64,000 nt of DNA from an uncultured Candidatus Saccharibacteria bacterium (GTDB lineage: Bacteria; Patescibacteriota; Minisyncoccia; Phycocordibacterales; UBA2100): positions 13,982 to 77,981 of the forward strand of contig CAZQMS010000006.1 of NCBI GenBank assembly GCA_964594735.1, in the 5' to 3' direction. Shown here in pieces: positions 30,612 through 41,129 of this stretch. The position numbers were made by a program, and so were the translations under genes. The notes under the pieces are model-generated. The model had not been told where the DNA came from, did no database searches, and saw only the letters and a list, made by a program, of their open reading frames with translations. Within the stretch, counting starts at the first letter, position 1. Every line of letters begins with the position of its first letter.

Positions 30612-32273
30612 ATGGCACAAAAGCGCGGCGGCAGGTCGGGTCACAAGTACATATTCGTCGTAGGGGGCGTAATGTCTGGGGTCGGAAAGGGAATATCAAC
30701 AGCGTCGATAGGCAAGATTCTATCGGCGCGCGGACTCAGGGTGAATTTGATGAAAATTGACCCGTACCTCAACGTAGATGCAGGCACCATGAATCCCACC
30801 GAACACGGTGAGGTATTCGTGCTCGACTCAGGGCTCGAGACCGACCAGGACATGGGCAACTACGAGCGCTTCTTGGGTCGCGACTTGGGTCCCGAGGATT
30901 ACATGACTAGTGGTATGGTCTATCAGACCGTTATTGAGCGTGAACGTAATTTGGGGTATGGAGGTAAATTCGTTGAGGCTATCCCGCATGTGCGCGATGA
31001 GATAGTCGAACGAATCAAACGTTCTGCCGAGATAGGTCAGACGGATGTTACCGTCATCGAAATCGGTGGGACAATCGGTGACTTCCAGAATGCGCTCTAC
31101 ATTGATGCGGCGCGCGTAATAAAGATGAAGAATCCTGAGGATGTGCTCTTTGTCATGGTGTCGTACCTACCGGTCCCCGGCACGATTGGAGAGATGAAGA
31201 CGCGTCCCACGCAACACGCGGTGCGCGAACTCAACTCCTACGGCGTACAGCCTGATATCCTCATAGCTCGTTCGACTCATGCACTGGACGACAAGCGCAA
31301 GGAAAAACTTGCGATTTGGTGTAATCTGGAACCCGACCATATTATCTCCGCGCCCGATGTCGCTTCCATATACGATGTTCCGCTGAATTTCGAGCGCGAC
31401 AAGCTCTCCGACATTTTACTGAGGGCTCTTGGCAAGAAGGTGAAGCAGGGATCTGATTTCGGCGACTGGAAGCACTTCGTCGAGAGGGTGCACAATGGAA
31501 ATGGCACCGTAAAAATCGGCGTCGTCGGCAAATATTTCGACACGGGCGACTTCGTGCTCTCTGATGCGTACATCTCCGTCATCGAGGCGATTAAGTTCTC
31601 CGCATACGCACAGGGTGTAAAGCCCCAGATAGATTGGCTGAACGCGAAGAAGTACCAAGACGACCCTGAATCGGTCAAAGAGCTGGCTCAATACGATGGC
31701 ATCCTTGTGCCCGGCGGATTCGGTGAGACCGGCATCGAGGGCAAGATTGCCGCGATACGATTCGCGCGCGAAAACAAAATCCCATATTTTGGTCTCTGCT
31801 ATGGCATGCAGCTCCTCACGGTCGAGTACGCGCGCAATGTAGCGGGTCTCGAAGGCGCTCACACGACAGAGATCAACCCCAAGTCGCCACATCCGGTCAT
31901 CATGATTCTGCCTGAGCAGGTAGAGAAGCTTGCGAAGAAAGACTATGGGGGCTCCATGCGGCTCGGTGCATACCCGTGCAAGCTAAAAGACGGCACTATT
32001 GCGCGCGAGGCGTACGGCGAGGCCACGGTGTCGGAGAGGCATCGTCACCGCTACGAAGTGAATCCCGACTATGTCGAGAGGCTCGCTGAAGCAGGGCTCG
32101 TATTTTCCGGCACGTCGCCCGACGGCAGGCTCATGGAAATCGCAGAGCTCCCGAAAGACGTCCACCCCTTTATGCTCGGGACACAGTTCCATCCGGAGCT
32201 GAAAGCACGTCCGCTTTCGCCTCATCCGCTCTTCGACGCCTTTATCAAGGCGGCAAAAGCCCGCAAGACCTAA
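30612..32273 (+). CDS. pyrG: CTP synthase
   Basis: N-terminal KYIFVVGGVMSGVGKGI, C-terminal glutamine amidotransferase GLCYGMQ; internal ATG of ORF 30450..32273. Confidence 0.9.
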   Translation: MAQKRGGRSGHKYIFVVGGVMSGVGKGISTASIGKILSARGLRVNLMKIDPYLNVDAGTMNPTEHGEVFVLDSGLETDQDMGNYERFLGRDLGPEDYMTSGMVYQTVIERERNLGYGGKFVEAIPHVRDEIVERIKRSAEIGQTDVTVIEIGGTIGDFQNALYIDAARVIKMKNPEDVLFVMVSYLPVPGTIGEMKTRPTQHAVRELNSYGVQPDILIARSTHALDDKRKEKLAIWCNLEPDHIISAPDVASIYDVPLNFERDKLSDILLRALGKKVKQGSDFGDWKHFVERVHNGNGTVKIGVVGKYFDTGDFVLSDAYISVIEAIKFSAYAQGVKPQIDWLNAKKYQDDPESVKELAQYDGILVPGGFGETGIEGKIAAIRFARENKIPYFGLCYGMQLLTVEYARNVAGLEGAHTTEINPKSPHPVIMILPEQVEKLAKKDYGGSMRLGAYPCKLKDGTIAREAYGEATVSERHRHRYEVNPDYVERLAEAGLVFSGTSPDGRLMEIAELPKDVHPFMLGTQFHPELKARPLSPHPLFDAFIKAAKARKT

Positions 32274-33034
32274 TGGCACTCAAGCTCGCATCGGTGAACA
32301 TCGAGCGCTCGAAACACCTCGACCGTGTCGCTCAGTTTGTTGCTCGCGAGAAGCCGGAGGTACTCTGCATCCAAGAGTTGATGCAAAAAGACGCGGAGAA
32401 GATTCGCGGTATGGGACTTTTTGCGTCTGAAAGCTTCGTGCCTATGTGCCGTCTTACAAAAGAGCATCCGGGTGAGGTGATGGGTCTCGGGATTTTCACC
32501 CGCCAAGCGGCAAAGGGCTTCTCGCACGGGTACTATGTCGGCGACGATAGGAATGTTCCCGATGTTGATCCGCTCACGCCTTCGAGCGAAGAAAACAGAG
32601 CAGTGCTTGTGTGTGACATCGAGCGTGACGGGGCGACATATCGCGTCGCGACAACGCACTTTACATGGACTCCCAACGGCAAGCCCAATGAAAAGCAGCG
32701 TCATGAACTCGTATCGCTCTTTTCGCTTCTCGATACACTTGGCGAATTCGTGCTCACCGGGGACTTCAATGCGCCGCGGGGAGGGGAGATATTTTCATCC
32801 ATTGCAGATAGGTACAAGGACAACGTTCCGGCACAGTACGGTTGGAGCCTCGATTTGAATCTTCATCGTGCGCGGGGAGGAAGCATTGAACGCGATGCGA
32901 AGGAAGCGGGGCTGCCGGGACTCATGGTAGACGGGCTTTTCTCGACCTCAGCCTACGACGTAAAAAATGTGACACTCCAAGACGGCGTGTCCGACCACAT
33001 GGCCATCGTCGCAGATATCTCCAAAGCACAGTAA
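32273..33034 (+). CDS. endonuclease/exonuclease/phosphatase (EEP) family protein
   Basis: ASVNIERSKH...LCIQE, TGDFNAP, SDHMAIV motifs. Confidence 0.7.
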   Translation: MALKLASVNIERSKHLDRVAQFVAREKPEVLCIQELMQKDAEKIRGMGLFASESFVPMCRLTKEHPGEVMGLGIFTRQAAKGFSHGYYVGDDRNVPDVDPLTPSSEENRAVLVCDIERDGATYRVATTHFTWTPNGKPNEKQRHELVSLFSLLDTLGEFVLTGDFNAPRGGEIFSSIADRYKDNVPAQYGWSLDLNLHRARGGSIERDAKEAGLPGLMVDGLFSTSAYDVKNVTLQDGVSDHMAIVADISKAQ

Positions 33035-33122
33035 CTACTGCTGACTTCAAATGGGCACGAAAGGGCGCAGCGTGCTGCGCCCTTTTGCTGTTGCACTATT
33101 TGTATATGGAGTATACTCAGAC

Positions 33123-34166
33123 ATGGCAGCCAAGATTGTTGAAGGCTATACATTCGACGATGTACTCATTCGTCCTGCGAAGTCCGCCATGGAACCATCA
33201 GAGGCTTCGCTCAAAACGAGCGTGGCAGGTATTGCGCTCGAACTCCCATTTCTTTCTGCGGCGATGGACCGCGTTACCGAAGCGAAGCTTGCTATCGAGC
33301 TCGGGAAGCTCGGGGGTCTCGGTGTCCTGCACCGCAACTGCTCCGTAGAAACCCAAGTCAAAATGGTGGAGGAAGTCAAAAAAGCAGGAGTAAAGGTGGC
33401 CGCCGCATGCGGTCCGTTCCATGTCGAGCGCGCACTCGCGCTCGACAGCGCAGGATGTGATGCAATCGTCATCGACTGCGCGCATGGGCACAATCTCAAT
33501 GTCATTGCCAGCGCAAAGAACATAAAGAAGCAGCTCAAGCACGCAAAAATGATTTACGGCAACATCGCGACCGGTGAGGCCGCGAAGGCAGCGTGTGCAT
33601 TTGCGGACGCGGTGAAAGTGGGCGTGGGCCCGGGCTCGATCTGCACCACGCGGCTCATCTCCGGCGTCGGTGTCCCGCAGCTCTCCGCGGTCATGGAGGT
33701 CGCTGCGGTGGCGAATAAGAAGAAGGTGGCCGTCATCGCCGACGGCGGCATACGCAACTCCGGCGACATCGCCAAAGCGATGGCGGCCGGTGCCTCGGCT
33801 GTCATGTGTGGCAACCTTTTTGCTGGCACAGATGAGGCGCCGGGAAAGATTGTCGAGAAGAATGGCAAGAAACTCAAGGAGTACCGCGGCATGGGTTCAC
33901 AGTCGGTCATCAAAAGCGCGAGCGGCTCGGAGCGCTATTTTACGCACGGCAGAAAGGCAGTTCCCGAGGGCGTCGAAGCGCTCGTCCCGTGCAAAGGCCC
34001 GCTTTCAGAAATCGTCGCGTCGCTGGCATCGGGGCTCCAGGTCGGCATGGGATACGTCGGCGCACGCAATTTCAAAGAATTTCAAAAGAACGTCTCGTTC
34101 ATCCGCATCACGCACGCCTCGATTGCAGAAGGAAAGCCGCATTCCCTCGAGGGCATTACGGGGTAG
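33123..34166 (+). CDS. guaB: IMP dehydrogenase-family enzyme lacking CBS subdomain (IMPDH or GMP reductase)
   Basis: [17 protein letters not shown], catalytic-Cys loop [21 protein letters not shown]; no CBS pair; internal ATG of ORF 33051..34166. Confidence 0.7.
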   Translation: MAAKIVEGYTFDDVLIRPAKSAMEPSEASLKTSVAGIALELPFLSAAMDRVTEAKLAIELGKLGGLGVLHRNCSVETQVKMVEEVKKAGVKVAAACGPFHVERALALDSAGCDAIVIDCAHGHNLNVIASAKNIKKQLKHAKMIYGNIATGEAAKAACAFADAVKVGVGPGSICTTRLISGVGVPQLSAVMEVAAVANKKKVAVIADGGIRNSGDIAKAMAAGASAVMCGNLFAGTDEAPGKIVEKNGKKLKEYRGMGSQSVIKSASGSERYFTHGRKAVPEGVEALVPCKGPLSEIVASLASGLQVGMGYVGARNFKEFQKNVSFIRITHASIAEGKPHSLEGITG

Positions 34167-34175
34167 AATACGCGC

Positions 34176-34697
34176 ATGAACTTGTGGCAGCGTTTCTGGG
34201 GTTGGTATGAGCGCACCTACACGCTCAACATATCGATAGCTCTCGGGCTTTTCCTGCTGCAAATCATCCACCTGATCTGGCTTTCCGGCGAGGTGGTGTG
34301 GGGGCGCATTCATGAGCACTCACTCTTTGAGTTTACGGGCATCTGGCAGACGCTCATCATCCTCGTGGACTACACGGAAATCCCCGCGCTGATCTCCGTC
34401 TCGCTCGTGTACATCAACGAGCTTCGGAAGGGCTTTAGCTGGCTGAGCCTTATGTACCTCGTGTTTCTCAATTCGCAGTGGCTGCACATTCTCTGGATAA
34501 CCGACGAATTCGTCGTCGCGGCATTTGCGGGCGCGGCAGCCGTCGCAATACCGATGTGGCTCGCATGGGTGGCTATCCTCATCGATTACCTCGAATTGCC
34601 CGTCATGTTCGACACGCTCAAGAAATTCTTCGCCGCTCTGCGCGAGGGGAGGACAAAAGAATTTCTCAAGCATGAGCTGCGGGAGGAAGACATATGA
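34176..34697 (+). CDS. polytopic membrane protein, unknown function
   Basis: 4-5 TM helices; translationally coupled to next gene (ATGA overlap). Confidence 0.45.
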   Translation: MNLWQRFWGWYERTYTLNISIALGLFLLQIIHLIWLSGEVVWGRIHEHSLFEFTGIWQTLIILVDYTEIPALISVSLVYINELRKGFSWLSLMYLVFLNSQWLHILWITDEFVVAAFAGAAAVAIPMWLAWVAILIDYLELPVMFDTLKKFFAALREGRTKEFLKHELREEDI

Positions 34698-35779
34698 GCA
34701 TGGAAGAGCGTCGCTTTAGACACAGTGTACGGGTCGATGCTGAAGCCCAGCGTCGCCTGAAGGGTGATTCGGAAACGGGAGAACTGTCGAACAAGATCAT
34801 GGCTTCGCTCATCGGAAGTGAAGGGAGCGTTGACTCCGCATTTGAAGCGAGCTCCGCATACCTAACTGATGGATTCGAAAGGCAGGCCGACGGGTTGAGG
34901 ACGCTGCGTGGGATTAATGATAAGGAGGTTCGCCGCCGTAAGGCCATCCCTCTTTTGCAAAAGCGGAAGAACATGCTCAATAGCCTGAAATTCGCTCTTG
35001 GTTCCCATTCGTTTACGGAGCTTGAAGACGAGCAATTGCGCTGGCTGTACAACATGGGCTCAGCTTTCAGTAACTACCTGTCAAAAAACTTGGGCATTTT
35101 TGAGACACAATATGGCATGAGCCGAGAACAGGGGTCGGTATTGTCGAGTGTCTCCACGGTAGAGACACTGCAATGTCTCGCAGAGATACTCGTCGCAGGC
35201 TATCGCCAAGCTTCTGACGTTGAGTCAGTAGAGCATGCGCCGAATGGAGCTAAGTACCTTGAAGAGACCGCGTTCGCCCTTTTCCATTCAATGGCGGTGA
35301 AGGCGATGGGGTTGGAAGCTGGAACTCATTTGTACAATATAACTCAATCGGGAGCCCGAGGAATGGCCGCAGCGTATCTAATGTACAGTGACGCCACGAA
35401 GAATAGGTTTGGGAAATCATTCCGTGTATTCTTCCCGCCTCCGCACCTAGACGCGCTAGAGCAAACGGATCTACTTCTTGTCGACGAAGAGGGCATGAGC
35501 GCGGAGGTGAGACAGGAAATCATGAGTGCGCTCGAAGCGGGCACTCAGGACGACTACGATGCTATCAACAAGATTAGTGACGCCGCGAAGCAACATGTGT
35601 ACAAGGTGCAGGTGAAAATGAATTCAAATGGAAAAAGTCGTGACGTCGCCCAGGACACTGTGGAGAGAGAAAAGTTCGCGTCTGCTAGGTGTACGAGTAA
35701 AGGATTTGACAACTATGATTATCTAGTGCTAAATAATGACCAGGTGCGCGATGTCCTGCGCGCAGGGAGACCAGCATGA
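34694..35779 (+). CDS. hypothetical protein (361 aa), no recognisable motif
   Basis: Long ORF, about 51% GC, overlaps both neighbours by 4 nt. Confidence 0.5.
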   Translation: MSMEERRFRHSVRVDAEAQRRLKGDSETGELSNKIMASLIGSEGSVDSAFEASSAYLTDGFERQADGLRTLRGINDKEVRRRKAIPLLQKRKNMLNSLKFALGSHSFTELEDEQLRWLYNMGSAFSNYLSKNLGIFETQYGMSREQGSVLSSVSTVETLQCLAEILVAGYRQASDVESVEHAPNGAKYLEETAFALFHSMAVKAMGLEAGTHLYNITQSGARGMAAAYLMYSDATKNRFGKSFRVFFPPPHLDALEQTDLLLVDEEGMSAEVRQEIMSALEAGTQDDYDAINKISDAAKQHVYKVQVKMNSNGKSRDVAQDTVEREKFASARCTSKGFDNYDYLVLNNDQVRDVLRAGRPA

Positions 35780-36018
35780 AAGAGCGAATCGCAGGGGCTG
35801 GAAAGGTGGCCCGCACGTCGAGCGAACGCATCCGAGGTGCGGTCATTAGCATCACCAGGGACCAGGCCGAAGCCGTGGTGGTCCAGTTTGAGGAGGGAAA
35901 TGGCACGGAGGTCGATAGCGACACAGTGCAACTTCTCGAAAGATTCTTCCTCGAGCGAGATGATGCGGCGGATCTGTCGCAGCGCTTCGACGAAGCGCTA
36001 AAAAAGTACACACTCTGA
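35776..36018 (+). CDS. small acidic hypothetical protein (80 aa)
   Basis: ATGA overlap with upstream gene; followed by terminator. Confidence 0.4.
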   Translation: MKERIAGAGKVARTSSERIRGAVISITRDQAEAVVVQFEEGNGTEVDSDTVQLLERFFLERDDAADLSQRFDEALKKYTL

Positions 36019-36034
36019 TTTCACTGGACGAAAA

Positions 36035-36062
36035 AAAGCCGCCATTTAAGGCGGCTGTTTTC
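36035..36062 (+). terminator. rho-independent terminator
   Basis: AAAGCCGCCATTTAAGGCGGCTGTTTT. Confidence 0.7.
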
Positions 36063-36105
36063 ATACCCGATTGCACTTAGGGACACTTTGCGACAAAGTG
36101 TGCCA

Positions 36106-37044
36106 ATGGAATGGCTTGCGGGTATCATTGCGGCGGTAGTCGGCTTTTTGGTCGGCATTATTCCGACATTCGGCGAGGAGCTTCGCTACCGTATGCCGCT
36201 CCCGGCATCGATAGTGCGCCCAGAGGTCACGGTGCTCTTCGGGGGTGACATGATGTTCGACAGATCGGTGCGGCAGTACATGGAGCAATATGGCGACGAC
36301 CACGTGTTCTCGTGCATCGTCGACGTACTGAACAAGCCTGACCTCGTCGTGGCCAATCTCGAGGGGCCGATAACCGACAATCCATCCATCAGTGTCGGCA
36401 GCACACCGGGGGACAGCAACAATTTCACTTTTACTTTCCCGCCATCCACGGCGGCGCTCCTCGCACGACACAACGTCCGCCTCGTGAACCTCGGCAACAA
36501 TCACATGCTTGATTTTGGATGGGACGGTTTTTCGCAGACGAAACAGCGCCTCGAGGCCGCTGGCGTGGGCTACTTCGGAAGCGTCGGCGATGATGTGTCG
36601 GTGTATTCCACCGACACGCACGGTGTCCCGCTATCGTTCGTGAATTTCAACGAATTCGCTCACAGCTCGACTGATATGATATATCATATCAGTCGTCGGA
36701 TCGGGTCGGAGAGCGATGCTGGTCGCATCGTCGTGGTGTATACGCACTGGGGCGAGGAGTACGTGCCTGCGACTGAGAGGCAAAAGGCGCTTGCGCGCGA
36801 TTTCGTCGATGCCGGAGCGGATATTGTCATCGGCTCTCACCCGCATGTGGTGCAGGAACATGAACTGTACGAGGGGAAACACATCTACTACTCACTCGGC
36901 AACTTTGTCTTTGACCAGTATTGGGAGGATGCGGTACGAGCCGGTCTTTTGGTGGAGGTGAGCTTTGATAGGAATGGGGTAAAGACAACTCGGGACATCC
37001 CCATACGCCTCGACCGCGACCGGCGGACTTGTATTTCGGGGTAA
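36106..37044 (+). CDS. capA: CapA/PgsA-family metallophosphatase (poly-gamma-glutamate synthesis-type)
   Basis: TM anchor; VLFGGDMMFDR, NLEGPIT, NLGNNHMLDFG, SHPHVVQ, YSLGNFVFDQ motifs. Confidence 0.7.
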   Translation: MEWLAGIIAAVVGFLVGIIPTFGEELRYRMPLPASIVRPEVTVLFGGDMMFDRSVRQYMEQYGDDHVFSCIVDVLNKPDLVVANLEGPITDNPSISVGSTPGDSNNFTFTFPPSTAALLARHNVRLVNLGNNHMLDFGWDGFSQTKQRLEAAGVGYFGSVGDDVSVYSTDTHGVPLSFVNFNEFAHSSTDMIYHISRRIGSESDAGRIVVVYTHWGEEYVPATERQKALARDFVDAGADIVIGSHPHVVQEHELYEGKHIYYSLGNFVFDQYWEDAVRAGLLVEVSFDRNGVKTTRDIPIRLDRDRRTCISG

Positions 37045-37091
37045 GCACATCTTCACTTCATCGTCTGTATGAGTACAATGGGCAACACCGT

Positions 37092-37619
37092 ATGACTTCC
37101 TACCGAACAATCGCTATCGCCCTGGGCGCGGCAGTACTGCTCGCCCTGGTGCTCATCGCCGCGGTCCTGCTCATCAAACCGGACGGGGATACGGCGGCGC
37201 GCGCCGTGGCAACCGATTTTGTTGCACAGTTGAAAAATGTATCTCTTGCGGCGGATGACGAAGAGCTTCAGAGCGCAATTCGTGAGTACTATGCACCGTA
37301 CGTGACAGAGGAATTGCTCGCGGAGTGGCTCGAAGACCCGCAGTCGGCACCGGGCAGAGAAACATCGAGCCCCTGGCCCGATCGGATTTTCATCAAGCAA
37401 GTCGCGCAGCAGGGCGAGACGTACGTCATCAACGCCGACGTGCTCTACATGACGAGCGTCGAGGAAGCGAGTCCTGAGGAAGATGCATCCGGCGTGGTTG
37501 TGGTCACGATACTTGTCATGCGCACCGATGACGGCTGGCGTGTCGCGGCGTACGAGGAACTCTTCGGCGAGGAGCTCGACGAAAGAGCCACGACGACCGA
37601 CGAAGAGCTTCGCGGCTAA
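37092..37619 (+). CDS. membrane-anchored hypothetical protein
   Basis: Internal ATG MTSYRTIAIALGAAVLLALVLIAAVLLI then acidic extracellular domain. Confidence 0.4.
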   Translation: MTSYRTIAIALGAAVLLALVLIAAVLLIKPDGDTAARAVATDFVAQLKNVSLAADDEELQSAIREYYAPYVTEELLAEWLEDPQSAPGRETSSPWPDRIFIKQVAQQGETYVINADVLYMTSVEEASPEEDASGVVVVTILVMRTDDGWRVAAYEELFGEELDERATTTDEELRG

Positions 37620-37841
37620 TCCACACCCGCATTCTGAATTCATAGGCGATACTACCCCGCATGTCGCAGAAGAAATACACGTACTTCACGATTTTCTTCG
37701 TCGTCGCGCTCCTCGTGCTCTCGAGTGTGGCGTGGAAGGACTATGTTGTTTCGCTCGGTGTTGCCGGCGGTGTCTGACGCGTGAAAAAAAGGAAGATTCT
37801 GCTACACTGCTCTGCACTTGGGGGCTCGGCCCCTGACGTAT

Positions 37842-37912
37842 TGCGGGATCGTCTAATGGTAGGACTACTGCCTCTGGAGCAGTGTATCTTGGTTCGAATC
37901 CAAGTCCCGCAG
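37842..37912 (+). tRNA. tRNA-Gln (CUG)
   Basis: Acceptor TGCGGGA/TCCCGCA, anticodon stem ACTGC/GCAGT with loop CTCTGGA, T-loop GGTTCGAATCC. Confidence 0.75.
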
Positions 37913-37913
37913 C

Positions 37914-38492
37914 ATGAAGTACCTCTTTATCTCTTTGCTCGGTATAGCCGTTCTGCTCGGCGCTGGGTTTTACGTGTTGAACGCCTACATATACGAAGAG
38001 AAGCAGCCTTTTGCTGCACCGCACTACAAGGATGCGGAATACGTGATTGACGGGCAGCGCGTGAGACTCCGGGATGGAGTATCCGAGACAGAGATTGCGC
38101 CCGGCTCTGCGAGTACCCTCGTGACGCGCTACTTTGGTAATGAACTCGAGACCGACCTCGACGGAGATGGTGATACCGATGTCGTCTTTCTACTCACACA
38201 AGAAGGCGGTGGAAGCGGCACGTTCTTTTACGCTGTTGCAGCGCTCAAGACTGAACGCGGCTATGTCGGGTCAGACGGCTATCTCCTCGGCGACCGCATT
38301 GCGCCGCAGTCGACGAACCTCAGCACCAATCCGCGGCACGTGCGCGTCGTGGTCGTCAACTACGCCGAGCGCGCCCCTGGTGATCCGATGACTGCGTCGC
38401 CCTCCCTCGGCAAGAGTGCGTACCTGAAGCTCGACGCGGAGCGCATGCAGTGGGGCATCGTGGAGCCCAATTTCGAGGGTGAAGCGCGTTGA
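37914..38492 (+). CDS. secreted hypothetical protein
   Basis: Signal-peptide-like N-terminus MKYLFISLLGIAVLLGAG; starts 2 nt after tRNA-Gln. Confidence 0.45.
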   Translation: MKYLFISLLGIAVLLGAGFYVLNAYIYEEKQPFAAPHYKDAEYVIDGQRVRLRDGVSETEIAPGSASTLVTRYFGNELETDLDGDGDTDVVFLLTQEGGGSGTFFYAVAALKTERGYVGSDGYLLGDRIAPQSTNLSTNPRHVRVVVVNYAERAPGDPMTASPSLGKSAYLKLDAERMQWGIVEPNFEGEAR

Positions 38493-38525
38493 TGCTCTCC
38501 TTTTCCGCGGGTGTATAATTGCTCC

Positions 38526-38999
38526 ATGACACTCCCGTACCCTGCAGGTCACCCGTCGCAGTATCCTTTTGGCCAGATACGCCACTACTACGGCGATGTT
38601 GTCCGCGCACTATTCATCACGCTCGCGGTTCTCTGCGGCATATCAATACCCACGGTTGGCGATCTGCAAACGACGGCGCCCATCGGCGTCCTCGTCATCG
38701 TCGTTCTTCTTGTTCTTGCTGGTCTCACGAGCCCGCACGGAAAGATTGTACTCGTTCTCAATGCTGTCACTTCAGGCGCCCTCCTTGTTGGTGCCCAACT
38801 CACCGCGCTCGGGTACTACGCGCGCGAATTCTACGTAGCGTTTGCTTTGCTCGAAGCTGTGTCGATTGTCGCCATGGTTGCGCTTTACTACAGCGTCAAG
38901 ACGGTGCGCGCGAAGTTTGCAGGCAAGATTGGAAAAGTAGAAAGCCCCGAGGAGTTTGCTACTGAAGCCGCGTCCGCCCGTCCCACGGAATTCGAGTAA
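38526..38999 (+). CDS. polytopic membrane protein, unknown function
   Basis: 4 TM helices; internal ATG of ORF 38511. Confidence 0.45.
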   Translation: MTLPYPAGHPSQYPFGQIRHYYGDVVRALFITLAVLCGISIPTVGDLQTTAPIGVLVIVVLLVLAGLTSPHGKIVLVLNAVTSGALLVGAQLTALGYYAREFYVAFALLEAVSIVAMVALYYSVKTVRAKFAGKIGKVESPEEFATEAASARPTEFE

Positions 39000-39003
39000 G
39001 CAT

Positions 39004-39393
39004 ATGAAAGGTTACGTAACAGACATAGAGAGTGCATCACGCGAGAATTCTGACTTCCGCCGTGTTCTTTACACGGGAAAACATTCCCAGCTCGTCCTCA
39101 TGAGTTTGAAACCGGGAGAGGAAATCGGCAAAGAGGTGCACGAGCTCGACCAGTTCCTGCGATGTGAAAGCGGGGAGGGGAAAGCGATACTCGATGGCGT
39201 CGAGCACATCGTCAAGGACGGGACTGCAATCGTGGTACCTGCGGGGGCAGAGCACAATATCATCAACACCTCACCCACCGAGGACATGAAGCTCTACACT
39301 ATCTACTCACCGCCGGAACACAAAGATGGCACGGTTCACGTCGCAAAAGCGGACGTAGTGGAGGAGCATTTCGATGGGATTACAAGCGAATAA
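39004..39393 (+). CDS. cupin-domain protein
   Basis: Two His-containing cupin motifs (G.EIGKEVHELDQ, VPAGAEHNIINTS). Confidence 0.65.
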   Translation: MKGYVTDIESASRENSDFRRVLYTGKHSQLVLMSLKPGEEIGKEVHELDQFLRCESGEGKAILDGVEHIVKDGTAIVVPAGAEHNIINTSPTEDMKLYTIYSPPEHKDGTVHVAKADVVEEHFDGITSE

Positions 39394-39400
39394 CTTTTTC

Positions 39401-39865
39401 ATGTCTACCGATAAGAAAAACGAAGCGCTCGCTTTCTTGAAAGCTCACAATGCAGGTGTGCTTGCGTCTGCCGGCACCGATGGCAAGCCGCACGCGAGCG
39501 CCATCTACTACGTCGCAGACGAGAATTTCAACATCTATTTCATGACCCTTTTCGCGAGTCGCAAGTACCAGGCGATGCGCGCCAATCCAGCCGTCGCCTT
39601 TACGGTGGGCACGCTCGATGTCCCGCAGACGCTCCAGATAGAAGGCACTGCGACAGAGCTTACGCACGAAGAAGAAAAGACCGAGCGCATCTCGCAAATC
39701 ATCGAAATCCTCATGTCGAGCAGCACGCACTACGCACCGATTACGAAGCTCGACCGCTCTGAGGTGGTTGTAATGTGGATCAAGCCCTCGTGGGTGCGGT
39801 GGGCCGATTATGCTTCGGGGGAGACGGGGACCGACAAGGTCCTCACAGAGTTGCCGCTGTCTTGA
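39401..39865 (+). CDS. pyridoxamine 5'-phosphate oxidase-like FMN-binding protein
   Basis: PNPOx split-barrel pattern (GVLASAG.DGKPHASAIYY...AMRANPAVAFTV). Confidence 0.6.
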   Translation: MSTDKKNEALAFLKAHNAGVLASAGTDGKPHASAIYYVADENFNIYFMTLFASRKYQAMRANPAVAFTVGTLDVPQTLQIEGTATELTHEEEKTERISQIIEILMSSSTHYAPITKLDRSEVVVMWIKPSWVRWADYASGETGTDKVLTELPLS

Positions 39866-41129
39866 GACTTGCCGCCGCGGTAGTCCCTGCCACAAAGCCC
39901 GTGGTCCAGCAGAGTTGGAGACTGTACCCGCCAGAGGGTCTTTGCACATTGAGGATGTCGCCGACAAGGTAGAGGTTGTTGCACTTCAGCGAGCGCATTG
40001 TTTTAAAATCGACTTCCTTCATATCAACTCCACCCGCGGTGATGATGGCCTTATCCATACCGAGGAGGTCTCGCACCTGGACGCGCAGGTGCTTGAGTGT
40101 GCGCATGAGGCGCAGGCGTTCGTCTCGCTTTACGCTGTTGCACGGCGTTTCCGGCGATATCTCTGCGAGTGAAAGGACAATCGGCACGAGCGCCGGTGCT
40201 GTGAGCGAGCCCAAAGCATTCTTTATCAGCTTGACGTGGTGCTCCTTGAGGAGAGCCTGTAGTGCGGCGTTGGCTTTCTCGTATCCCATGTCTGGCAGCA
40301 TGTCGATTTCGACTGTCACGTCACCATACTTGAGAAGCTCGCCGATTTCGTGACTCATATTGAGTATGCCTGGGCCTGAAAGGCCAACGTGCGTGAAGAG
40401 CACCTTGCCGCAAGCCGATGCTTGTTTCACCTCATTTTGGTAGAGCGTAATCTTCGCATCCTGCAGACTCACCCCCGCGGCGCGGTGTACCCACGTGTCC
40501 TTGGTGCGAATCGGCACAAGTGCGCCGCCTCCTTCAACGACGGTGTGACCTACCTCGCGCAGCCAGGCGTACCCGTCGCCCGTCGAGCCGGTCTCGGGGT
40601 GTGAGGTGCCGCCCGTCGCAAGGATGAAAGAGTGGGCACGGATGGTACGACCGCCCCTCAGGACGACGTGCGTGATACGCGTCCCGTCTAGTGCAATATG
40701 CTTCACCGCGGCATTCAGCACCACCTCCACACCGCCCATGCGCATGTAGTCCACGAGCACGTCCCATACCGCTCGCGCGGTATTTGCGAGCGGAAAGACG
40801 CGCTTCTCCGCCTCCTCTTTCGTGGGCATGCCCCGCGTATGAAAAAAATCGAGTGTGTCTTGCACCGCGAACTCGGAAAAGGGGGAGAAGAGGAATTTTC
40901 CACTCTCTTTAAATTTCGCGAGTAGGACTCGGTTGTCGAACTCCGCATTGGTGACATTGCATCGACCACCGCCCGTGATGAGAAGCTTTTTTCCGAGCCC
41001 CGTATTCTTCTCCAGCAGAATGACTCTCGCGCCCATTTCAGCAGCGCGACCTGCAGCCATCATGCCGGCAGGGCCGCCGCCTATCACCGCGACATCCCAG
41101 AGCTCTTCGCTTTTCTCGCCCCCCTTCAT
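39843..41129 (-). CDS. HI0933-family FAD-dependent oxidoreductase
   Basis: DVAVIGGGPAGMMAAGRAAEMGARVILLEK, GGGRCNVTN; 428 aa. Confidence 0.8.
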   Translation of the reverse strand: MKGGEKSEELWDVAVIGGGPAGMMAAGRAAEMGARVILLEKNTGLGKKLLITGGGRCNVTNAEFDNRVLLAKFKESGKFLFSPFSEFAVQDTLDFFHTRGMPTKEEAEKRVFPLANTARAVWDVLVDYMRMGGVEVVLNAAVKHIALDGTRITHVVLRGGRTIRAHSFILATGGTSHPETGSTGDGYAWLREVGHTVVEGGGALVPIRTKDTWVHRAAGVSLQDAKITLYQNEVKQASACGKVLFTHVGLSGPGILNMSHEIGELLKYGDVTVEIDMLPDMGYEKANAALQALLKEHHVKLIKNALGSLTAPALVPIVLSLAEISPETPCNSVKRDERLRLMRTLKHLRVQVRDLLGMDKAIITAGGVDMKEVDFKTMRSLKCNNLYLVGDILNVQRPSGGYSLQLCWTTGFVAGTTAAASLKTAATL

